DNA of 28,577 nucleotides, from positions 1-28,577 of the forward strand of contig DASSMG010000233.1 in assembly GCA_035688995.1 (NCBI GenBank). The letters are read 5' to 3'. A program made the translations under genes and the position numbers. The notes under the pieces were generated by a model. The model was not told the DNA's origin. It did no database searches and saw only the letters and a list, made by a program, of their open reading frames with translations. How positions within the stretch are numbered: position 1 is the stretch's first letter; every line of letters begins with the position of its first letter. This document shows, piece by piece, positions 16,130 to 24,881 of the stretch. Origin of the DNA: Actinomycetota bacterium. Its GTDB lineage: Bacteria; Actinomycetota; CADDZG01; WHSQ01.

Positions 16130-16951
16130 CTAGGCGATCTCGACGACCGCGTTCTTGATCACCGCATCGCCGTCGGGGTTGTAGGTCTCGAAGCCGTACG
16201 TGTTGTCGCTTTCTTTCCAGAACTTCGTCGTGAGTTCCTGACCCGGGAACACAGGCTTCGAGAAGCGAGCTGCAACTCGCTTGATCTTCGTCGGGTCGCC
16301 TCCCGCGAGCCCATCCACCGCACCCTTCGTGGCGATCGCAAGAGTGCACATGCCGTGGTTGATGATGCCCGGGAGCCCGGCCATCTTGGCGATGTTCTCG
16401 TCGACGTGGATCGGGTTGGGGTCTCCGGAGGCCTCGGCGTAACGAACGGTCTGGTCCTCGTCGACCTTGGTGGTCTCCTCGTAGATCACGTCCCGCTGCG
16501 GCTGCTCGGACGGTCCACCGCTCTTCTTACCGGAGCCGGTGCCTCGAATGAAACTCGTAGCGCGGATCTCGGCGACGACGTCTCCGTCCTGGTTGGTCTC
16601 GGTGACCTTGACGGTGAAGGTCTCGCCGGTCTCCTTCTGCTCGATCGACTCGATGACCGGGGTGAGCGTGAGCACGTCGCCGGGCCGGATCGGCTTGTGG
16701 AGGATGTGCTCCTCCTCGCCGTGGACGAGTCGCATGAGGTCGGCCTCGAGCTCGGGATCCATGCCGGCTTTCATGAGGAACTGGAACGCCGGGACGATGG
16801 GGAAGATCGGCGACGCGACGGAGTCCTCGCCGGCGAGGTAGCGCTCGTTGACGTCGTTCGTGGCGCGCGCGTACTTCTCGATCGCGTCGGCCGTGACCTT
16901 GTAGGTGTCGGTCTCGTATTCCTTACCGATGAGAGCGGTGTTCAGCGGCAT
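16130..16951 (-). CDS. Double hot-dog MaoC-family (R)-enoyl-CoA hydratase/dehydratase
   Basis: N-terminal non-catalytic hot-dog (LVHGEEE) and C-terminal YAEASGDPNPIH...HGMCT...RFSKPVFPG. AAGGAGG SD. Confidence 0.92.
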   Translation of the reverse strand: MPLNTALIGKEYETDTYKVTADAIEKYARATNDVNERYLAGEDSVASPIFPIVPAFQFLMKAGMDPELEADLMRLVHGEEEHILHKPIRPGDVLTLTPVIESIEQKETGETFTVKVTETNQDGDVVAEIRATSFIRGTGSGKKSGGPSEQPQRDVIYEETTKVDEDQTVRYAEASGDPNPIHVDENIAKMAGLPGIINHGMCTLAIATKGAVDGLAGGDPTKIKRVAARFSKPVFPGQELTTKFWKESDNTYGFETYNPDGDAVIKNAVVEIA

Positions 16952-17012
16952 CGAGTCCTCCTTTTAGTGCGGTGGGAGCGCGGTATAGACCCCTTCAGTT
17001 AGTACAGAACGG

Positions 17013-17492
17013 TTAGGCGGGGAGCTCGATGTCGGCTTCGCCGGTGATCGCGGTCTGCTCCTCGTCGAGGTTCAGCTCGGCCGGGCCCGTGCCGCGGCGG
17101 CGGACCTCCAGGCTCACCTTCACGAGGCCGTCCTCGATCGCGGTGACCTTGCCGGTGCAGACCACCTCGTCACCGGGCCACACGCGGTTCGTGAAGCGGA
17201 CCTTGTAGCGACGGATGTGGTGGGGGCCGCCGAACCAATCGGAGACCGCCTTGGCGAGGTAACCGGCATTGAGCATCCCCATCGCGAACACGGTGGGCGC
17301 CCCGGACTTCCTTGCGTACTCCTCGTCCTGGTGGATCGGGTTGTCATCGCCCGATGCGGCGGCGTAACGAACGAAGTCCTCGCGGTCGACGGGGCCGAAG
17401 ACCCGTTCCTCGAGTTCCATGCCGGGCGTGATCCCCTCGAGCGTGATGGTCGTGGGGAAGATCCGTTGCGTGTCGACCCTGCGTTCGCTCAT
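17013..17492 (-). CDS. MaoC-family dehydratase, catalytic single hot-dog (HadB-like)
   Basis: YAAASGDDNPIHQD, GML, RFTNRVWPGD. Confidence 0.9.
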   Translation of the reverse strand: MSERRVDTQRIFPTTITLEGITPGMELEERVFGPVDREDFVRYAAASGDDNPIHQDEEYARKSGAPTVFAMGMLNAGYLAKAVSDWFGGPHHIRRYKVRFTNRVWPGDEVVCTGKVTAIEDGLVKVSLEVRRRGTGPAELNLDEEQTAITGEADIELPA

Positions 17493-17514
17493 CTCGTTCC
17501 CGATCGCTTTCGGT

Positions 17515-17964
17515 TCATCCCACGTCCTTCGCGGTTTGTAGGAGTGTGTAGTACGCCGTCAGTACTTCCCCGCCGTCTGCATCCGTGAACTTCGTCTCGT
17601 ACGTGACGAAACGCATGGAACCTCCGCGCTTCCCCTCTTTCTCGAAGTCTTTCGAGATCCGCATCGTGCCGGTCAGGGTCTCCCCCGCCACCGGAAGGCG
17701 GTTGTAGACGAACTCCTGCTCGCCGTGGAGGACCCGGGCGTAGTCGAGGTTCGCACCGAGCCGGCGTTCGCGCTCGTCGCGCGGCACCGGGAAGATCTGA
17801 CGCGTAGTGAAAGTCGGAGGCGCGAGGACGTCGGGGAACCCCGCCTCGCGCGCAGCTTGGGAGTCGAAGAACAACGGATTGTTGTCTTCTCCGACCGCGA
17901 GCGCGAAGTCTTCGATGGCCTCCGCGGTGACGGGCAGCTCGAAGACGATCTCCGTCTCAGCCAA
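17515..17964 (-). CDS. MaoC N-terminal/FAS1-like hot-dog subunit (HadA-like)
   Basis: IEDFALAVGED.NP...AAREAGFPDVLAPPTF and VLHGEQEF. Lacks the catalytic His. Confidence 0.88.
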   Translation of the reverse strand: MAETEIVFELPVTAEAIEDFALAVGEDNNPLFFDSQAAREAGFPDVLAPPTFTTRQIFPVPRDERERRLGANLDYARVLHGEQEFVYNRLPVAGETLTGTMRISKDFEKEGKRGGSMRFVTYETKFTDADGGEVLTAYYTLLQTAKDVG

Positions 17965-18898
17965 GCTGAACGCCCTCGCCGCCCGCGGCCTTCGCCATCA
18001 TCTGCATCATGCCCTCGGGAGCGATGCCGCTCGGGAACGCCTCGTTGAGCTTCGCGATCAATTCGTCCGGCTTCCAGCCGTCGTCCTTCTTGATGACCGT
18101 GCCGACGTCCCACGGCTTGAGCACGTTGATAACGCCGCCGTAGATGAAGAAACACTGACCGGTGATGTTCTGCGCTTCGTCGCTCGCAAGTGCAACGACG
18201 ACCGGCGAGATGTTCTTCGGATCCAGCGCATCGAACTGACCCTCTTCGGGCTGTGCCATGTCGCCGAAGGTCTGCTCGGTCATCCGCGTGCGCGCGTTGG
18301 GGGCCAGGCAGTTGACGGTGACGCCGTAACGACCGAGCTCCTGCGCCGCGATGATCGTGAAGGCAGCGATACCTGCCTTCGCCGCTCCGTAGTTCGTCTG
18401 GCCGATGTTCCCGAAAACGCCGGAAGGGCTCGACGTGTTGATCACGCGGCCGTTGATCTGGTTCCCGGCTTTGCTCTGCTCGCGCCAGTAAGCGGCGGCG
18501 TGACGGGTCGGCGCGTAATGGCCCTTGAGGTGCACGTTGATCACCGCGTCCCACTCGTCCTCGGCGAGGTTCACGAGCATGCGGTCACGCAGGATCCCCG
18601 CGTTGTTGACGAGGATGTCGAGACGGCCGAAGTCGCCGATCGCCTGCTTGATCATGTTCTCGGCGCCCTGGTAGTCGGCGACGTTGTCGTAGTTCGCGGT
18701 CGCTTCCCCACCGGCGGCTTTGATCTCGTCGGCAACCGACTGCGCCGGGGTTGTGTCCTGACCTTCCCCTGCGGTCGACCCGCCGAGGTCGTTCACAACG
18801 ATCTTGGCCCCCGCGTCCGCGAGAGCGAGCGCGTGCTCGCGGCCGATACCCCGACCCGCGCCGGTGATGATCGCTACCTTGCCGTCCAGATTAGGCAT
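17957..18898 (-). CDS. SDR-family oxidoreductase (3-hydroxyacyl-CoA dehydrogenase-like)
   Basis: TGAGRGIG, VVNDLGG, NNAGILRDRM and YGAAK (YxxxK). GGAGG SD. Confidence 0.93.
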   Translation of the reverse strand: MPNLDGKVAIITGAGRGIGREHALALADAGAKIVVNDLGGSTAGEGQDTTPAQSVADEIKAAGGEATANYDNVADYQGAENMIKQAIGDFGRLDILVNNAGILRDRMLVNLAEDEWDAVINVHLKGHYAPTRHAAAYWREQSKAGNQINGRVINTSSPSGVFGNIGQTNYGAAKAGIAAFTIIAAQELGRYGVTVNCLAPNARTRMTEQTFGDMAQPEEGQFDALDPKNISPVVVALASDEAQNITGQCFFIYGGVINVLKPWDVGTVIKKDDGWKPDELIAKLNEAFPSGIAPEGMMQMMAKAAGGEGVQLG

Positions 18899-18928
18899 CC
18901 GTAACCTCCACTCGAACTAACCGGGCGC

Positions 18929-20128
18929 TCAGTCGAGGCGCCCGAGGATCTTGCGACTGATGACAACGCGTTGGATCTGTCCCGTTCCTTCGAAGATGTC
19001 GTAGACCTTTATGTCGCGGTACCACTTCTCGACGAGGTGCTCCTTGGAATAGCCCTCGGGGCCCATGATCTGGATCGCACCGATGCACGCGCGCAGGGCG
19101 GCCTGCGGCGCGTAGGCCTTGGCCATCGAGGCCTCTTTCGAGTTCGAGATCTTGTTGTCGGCCATCCACGCTGCCTTCCACACGAGGCCGCGGGCCGCTC
19201 CCAGCTCACGCTTCATCTGCCCGAGCTTCTGCTCGATGGCGTGCTTGCGCGGGAAGTTCGTGGTCATCGGCAACTCCCGCGCGACCCAATCGCGTGCGTA
19301 CTCGTACGCGGCGCGACCGATCCCGAGCCCCATCGCCGCGACCGAAGGCCTCGACGAGTCGAACGTCTTCATCGTCCCCTTGAAACCCGAGCCCTTTGGC
19401 TCGAGCGCGGCCTCACCACCGAGGATGTTGTCGAACGGGATGCGGCAGTCGTCGAGGATCAGCTCCGCGGTTTCGGACGCACGGATGCCGAGTTTGCTCT
19501 CGAGCTTCCCGACCTTGAAGCCGGGTGTTCCCTTCTCGACGACGAAGAACTTCTGACCCTGACGACCGAGGGACTTGTCGACGGTCGCGTTCACCACGAC
19601 GATCTCGGAGCGTGCCCCGTTCGTGCAGAACACCTTGGTGCCGTTGAGGATCCACTCGTCGCCGTCCCGGACCGCGGTCGTCTGAACGTTGGAGACGTCG
19701 GAGCCCGCTTGGGGCTCGGTCACCGCAAGAGCGCCGAAGCGCGGCTCGTCGGATTCGACGTTGAAGATGTCGTCGAGGAACTTCTTCTGTTGTTCCGGAG
19801 TGCCCGATGCCCGGATCGAAGGTGCCGCGAGACCGGGGCCGGGGATGTTGAGGAGAACCGCGGGGTCGCCCCACGCGAGCTCCTCGGATCCGACGACCGC
19901 CATCATCGCGGCGATCGACGCGGGACGCTCGGCGCTGGGCTTGCCTTCCTCGGGAGTGATCGACGCACGGTTGCCGGCGAACTGGCCGAGTTGCTTGATC
20001 GTCTCGACCGGGAGCTTGCCCTTCTCGTCTGCCTCTCGCGCCAGCGGACGCAGTGTGTTCTTGGCGAAGTCGTGGACGTAATCCCGTACGAAGGCGACCC
20101 GCTCGTCCATCTCGAAGTCGATCGGCAT
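18929..20128 (-). CDS. Acyl-CoA dehydrogenase, FadE23-like catalytic subunit
   Basis: TEPQAGSD, NGTKVF, KLGIRAS, FDSSRP, SKEASMAK and DIFEGTGQIQ (catalytic Glu present). Confidence 0.93.
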   Translation of the reverse strand: MPIDFEMDERVAFVRDYVHDFAKNTLRPLAREADEKGKLPVETIKQLGQFAGNRASITPEEGKPSAERPASIAAMMAVVGSEELAWGDPAVLLNIPGPGLAAPSIRASGTPEQQKKFLDDIFNVESDEPRFGALAVTEPQAGSDVSNVQTTAVRDGDEWILNGTKVFCTNGARSEIVVVNATVDKSLGRQGQKFFVVEKGTPGFKVGKLESKLGIRASETAELILDDCRIPFDNILGGEAALEPKGSGFKGTMKTFDSSRPSVAAMGLGIGRAAYEYARDWVARELPMTTNFPRKHAIEQKLGQMKRELGAARGLVWKAAWMADNKISNSKEASMAKAYAPQAALRACIGAIQIMGPEGYSKEHLVEKWYRDIKVYDIFEGTGQIQRVVISRKILGRLD

Positions 20129-21228
20129 CAGCCGTTACCTCCTGCGAAGACGCTGCGCGCTACGGAGTCGTCGCCGCCGAGCTCGGGCGGATCGAAGGCC
20201 GACAGCGTCGCCGCGTCCCGGTACCACTTCTCGACGAGGTGATCCCGGATGTAGCCGTGGCCCCCCAGAACCTGTACGCCGTCGTCGCCGCACCTCACCG
20301 CGGCCGCAAGCGCGTGTCCGTTGGCCTCGGCGATGTCGGCGAAGGTGGCGTCACCGCGATCGATCTTCCACGCCGCTCGCCACACTGCGAGACGCGCCGC
20401 GTCGACCTCGATGGCCATGTCGGCGATCCGGAACGAGATCGCCTGGAAGGCACCGATGGGCTTCCCGAAGGCCTCGCGTTCGGTCGCGTAGGTCGACGCG
20501 TACTCGAGCGAGGCCCGGGCGCACCCGATCGCGAGAGCTCCGGTCAGCAGCTTCGACCACAGGATCGCCTTGGTGAGTTCCGGCCCCGGCGCGAGAGCGT
20601 CACCGGCGCCGTCGAAGCGGACGACGAAGGTGGGGGCCGCTTCGAGCCCCAGCTTGTCCTCCGGCTTGACGACTTCGTAAGACGTCGGCTCGGTTACGAG
20701 AACCGCAGCGAGGTCGTCCCCGCTCCGGCCCACGACCACACCGACGTCGGCGGAATCGGCTCCGAGGACCCCGTACTTCTCGCCGCGGACCTTGTCGCCG
20801 TCGATGGTGGTGTCGAGACTCTCGAGGTCGCCCAGCGCGACCTTCTCGCCGATCGCCACGAACGACTTCGGCGGCGACTCGACGAAGCGCGGGAGCAGGT
20901 CCTTCTTCTGTTGGTCCGACCCGGCGAGCCCGACGACGATCGCGGCGAGTCCCGAACCGAACACCTGGTAGGCGATGCCGGGGTCGCCCCATGCGAGCTC
21001 CTCGACGGCGATGCAATAGGTGACGGCATCGAAGGTGCCCCCTCCGCCGTAGCCCTCCTCCACGGGGGCCGCCACGCCGATCTCGTGGATCTGAGCGGCG
21101 AGGGAGTCGGGGACGTGGCGGGCCTCTTCGGACTCGCGGGCGGCGGGCCGCACGACGTTGTCGGCGAAGTCGTGCAGCGTGTCGCGCAGCGCCTGCTGCT
21201 CTTCTGTCAGTTGAAGATCGAAGCCCAA
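20128..21228 (-). CDS. Acyl-CoA dehydrogenase, FadE24-like partner subunit
   Basis: FDLQLTEEQQ, EELAWGD, REAFGKPIGAFQAI, GVQVLGGHGY..DHLVEKWYRD. No TEP-x-x-GSD or IxEGT motif. Likely start is the TTG at 21228 after GGAGGG (track start 21273). Confidence 0.9.
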   Translation of the reverse strand: MGFDLQLTEEQQALRDTLHDFADNVVRPAARESEEARHVPDSLAAQIHEIGVAAPVEEGYGGGGTFDAVTYCIAVEELAWGDPGIAYQVFGSGLAAIVVGLAGSDQQKKDLLPRFVESPPKSFVAIGEKVALGDLESLDTTIDGDKVRGEKYGVLGADSADVGVVVGRSGDDLAAVLVTEPTSYEVVKPEDKLGLEAAPTFVVRFDGAGDALAPGPELTKAILWSKLLTGALAIGCARASLEYASTYATEREAFGKPIGAFQAISFRIADMAIEVDAARLAVWRAAWKIDRGDATFADIAEANGHALAAAVRCGDDGVQVLGGHGYIRDHLVEKWYRDAATLSAFDPPELGGDDSVARSVFAGGNG

Positions 21229-21257
21229 AACGCCCTCCGAAGGGCGAAGCCGCAAAG

Positions 21258-21273
21258 TTGACCATTCGGTCAA
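21258..21273. promoter_or_regulatory. Palindromic operator TTGACC-N4-GGTCAA
   Basis: Perfect 6+4+6 inverted repeat just downstream of a TATACT -10 (minus strand, 21286-21291) of the fadE operon. Confidence 0.65.
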
Positions 21274-21285
21274 GTCCGGGGATCG

Positions 21286-21291
21286 AGTATA
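21286..21291 (-). promoter_or_regulatory. Putative -10 (TATACT) of the fadE-SDR-maoC operon
   Basis: Near-consensus TANNNT preceded by GGC. Confidence 0.6.
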
Positions 21292-21359
21292 GCCAGGCCA
21301 CCGATGGCCCCGTCCCGCCGGTCTGGTCGGGTTCGGCCGGGCTTGGCTTGGGGCTGGGG

Positions 21360-21422
21360 TCGGCTTTCCGTCGGGTCGGCTCGGCTTTCCGTCGGGTCGG
21401 ATCGGCTTTCCGTCGGGTCGGC
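21360..21422. repeat. Tandem repeat, 3 x 21 nt (TCGGCTTTCCGTCGGGTCGG[C/A])
   Basis: Three contiguous copies with one mismatch and no spacers. Confidence 0.95.
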
Positions 21423-21555
21423 TGGGATTTGCGCCGGGTTCCCGATCGGGCTGCTCCGTTCGCGCGATCCCGGCGATCTCTTTTCTGAAAAGTTGCGCGG
21501 ATAGGGCTAGTACCTGTGGTGAAATTGCGGCACGTGAGAAAGGAGGTGGTCCAGA

Positions 21556-21600
21556 CTGTTACCTAGTTTCGACGGACCTCACGAGGTGACCGGCTGCTAG
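21556..21600 (+). CDS. Putative 14-aa peptide (MLPSFDGPHEVTGC), CTG start
   Basis: CTG lies 9 nt after GGAGG, ends at TAG 21598-21600, and has an in-frame stop upstream. No ATG/GTG at SD spacing. Confidence 0.35.
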   Translation: MLPSFDGPHEVTGC

Positions 21601-21747
21601 ACGTGGCCTGAGCACCACTGGATTCTGACCACCTCGCAACAGCAGGCCACGGGCAGAATCCAACCGGTTCACCGGCGTCCCCCGTCCCGGGACTTGGTCC
21701 CCCGGGCGTCATCGACGAAGTACGGGTGGCGAAGCGAACCAGCATCA

Positions 21748-21783
21748 AACCGGCGCGGGTAACCCCCGCGCCGGTTCCTTTTT
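21748..21783 (+). terminator. Intrinsic terminator
   Basis: Perfect 12-bp stem AACCGGCGCGGG/CCCGCGCCGGTT with a 5-nt loop, followed by CCTTTTT. Confidence 0.85.
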
Positions 21784-21806
21784 CCCCTCCCCTCCCCCCG
21801 CCCCTC

Positions 21807-21855
21807 CCGCCGAGTGGTGAATCAGTCGCCAAATATCGGCCCGTGTCACCACTCG
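21807..21855. repeat. Palindromic repeat, left copy
   Basis: CCGCCGAGTGGTGAATCAGTCGCCAAATATCGGCCCGTGTCACCACTCG. 10-bp stem. 43/49 identical to the copy at 22812. Confidence 0.9.
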
Positions 21856-21905
21856 ATGTGGTGGGACTCACTTAGTTGGCGTTCACGCTGGGATTCCATC
21901 GCGTC

Positions 21906-22841
21906 ATGGACGCAGATGAGCGGTGCAGCGAACTAGCTCGCCGTCAATTCGGCTTGATCAATCGGACGCAGGCCCTAGCGGTGGGTCTGTCGCGCCATCA
22001 GATCGCGAAACGAATCATGTCCAAACGGTGGCTCCCCACGTTGCCTGAGGTTTACCTGATCAATGGGTGCCCTTCTTCGTGGGAGCAAAGTGCCATGGCG
22101 GCATGCCTGTGGGCTGGAGATGGAGCAGCCCTTTCCTTCGGAGCTGCTGCTCGGCTGTGGGGATTTGCAGGCTTTGAATCGGCCGGCGTCGAGATCTCCA
22201 CCATTCGATCCAAACGGAATGTGGAGTTGCCTTTCCGCGTTCACCGGATCCGGCGAGAGCTGATCGACAACGTCGATCACATCAAGAACATCCCCGTCAC
22301 CTCTCCAAGATGGACGCTTCTCGATCTTGCGGGGATCAAACACCGGCGAGCCGAGCGCGCTCTTGACCAAGCGCTGGCCCGCGACATCACTTCTTTGGGT
22401 CAGATGTGGCTGCTCTATGAGGAGCAGTGGACGAAGGGAAGACGAGGGATCGCGATCCTTCGGTCTTTCCTCAATGCCAGGACGCCGGGTAACGCACCCG
22501 ACGACTCTGAGCTTGAGCGGCTCCTAGACGAAATCATCAGGGATTTCTCGTTGCCGGAACCAGAGCGTCAGTACTTGATCCAGTTACCCGATCGACTAGT
22601 GAGGATCGACCACTGCTACGCGCATGCCAGACTTCTGATCGAGGTCGACAGCTATGCATGGCACTCGGACCGCGAGACGTTCGAAGCCGACCGCAGGCGC
22701 GACAACGAACTCCAGCTCCTCGGGTGGCGAGTCTTGCGCTTCACCTGGGCACAGCTGCGCTTCGAACCCGAGAAAGTGGCTGCGATGATCCGCGGCCACC
22801 TCGAGAACCGACCGCCGAGTGGTGAGTCAGTCGCCATATAG
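21906..22841 (+). CDS. AbiEi-like N-terminal domain + DUF559 (Vsr-like) endonuclease domain protein
   Basis: N-terminus LARRQFGLINRTQALAVGL...WLPTLPEVY; middle PVTSPRWTLLDLA; C-terminus DSELE..L...PERQY...RID..Y....LIEVDS.AWH...DRRRDNELQLLGWRVLRFTW. Start at ATG 21906 is preferred over TTG 21876. Confidence 0.88.
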   Translation: MDADERCSELARRQFGLINRTQALAVGLSRHQIAKRIMSKRWLPTLPEVYLINGCPSSWEQSAMAACLWAGDGAALSFGAAARLWGFAGFESAGVEISTIRSKRNVELPFRVHRIRRELIDNVDHIKNIPVTSPRWTLLDLAGIKHRRAERALDQALARDITSLGQMWLLYEEQWTKGRRGIAILRSFLNARTPGNAPDDSELERLLDEIIRDFSLPEPERQYLIQLPDRLVRIDHCYAHARLLIEVDSYAWHSDRETFEADRRRDNELQLLGWRVLRFTWAQLRFEPEKVAAMIRGHLENRPPSGESVAI

Positions 22842-22864
22842 CGGCCTGATTCACCACTCGGCGG
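22812..22864. repeat. Palindromic repeat, right copy (possible bidirectional terminator)
   Basis: CCGCCGAGTGGTGA/TCACCACTCGGCGG is a 14-bp perfect stem extended by GTCAG/CTGAT. The nuclease stop codon sits in its loop. Confidence 0.9.
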
Positions 22865-22871
22865 AGGGGGG

Positions 22872-24881
<2,010 letters not shown>

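Larger units (their letters stand above)
21537..21783 (+). ncRNA. Candidate structured RNA with extended SD, anti-SD strand and tiny ORF
   Basis: 18-nt 16S-complementary tract, several perfect 7-9 bp helices, and an intrinsic terminator at the 3' end. No long plausible ORF. Confidence 0.6.

Noticed and set aside
16996-17016. CAGTTAG/CGGTTAG direct repeat before the double hot-dog gene
   Set aside because: Short, one copy includes the upstream stop codon, and it does not match the fadE operator, so chance is likely.
16355-21261. Long + strand ORFs opposite the fadE/SDR/maoC operon (e.g. 17807..18904, 18971..20242, 20053..21261)
   Set aside because: Same shadow-ORF artefact. Composition (R/G/D/V/H-rich) is that of the reverse complement of GC3-rich genes.
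21360-21422. 21-nt repeats as a CRISPR array
   Set aside because: Copies are contiguous with no spacers, and no cas genes are in the window.
21258-21504. + strand ORFs 21258..21488 and 21304..21504 encoding SAFRRVG/LSVGS repeats
   Set aside because: They are translations of the DNA tandem repeat, with no SD or domain content.
21563-21871. 102-aa minus-strand ORF
   Set aside because: It runs through the palindrome, terminator and poly-C tract. Low complexity and no SD, so better explained as non-coding structure.
21807-22864. Calling the DUF559 cassette a classical IS element
   Set aside because: No DDE, HUH (Y1/Y2) or serine/tyrosine recombinase motifs and no target-site duplication. Kept only as a candidate non-canonical element.
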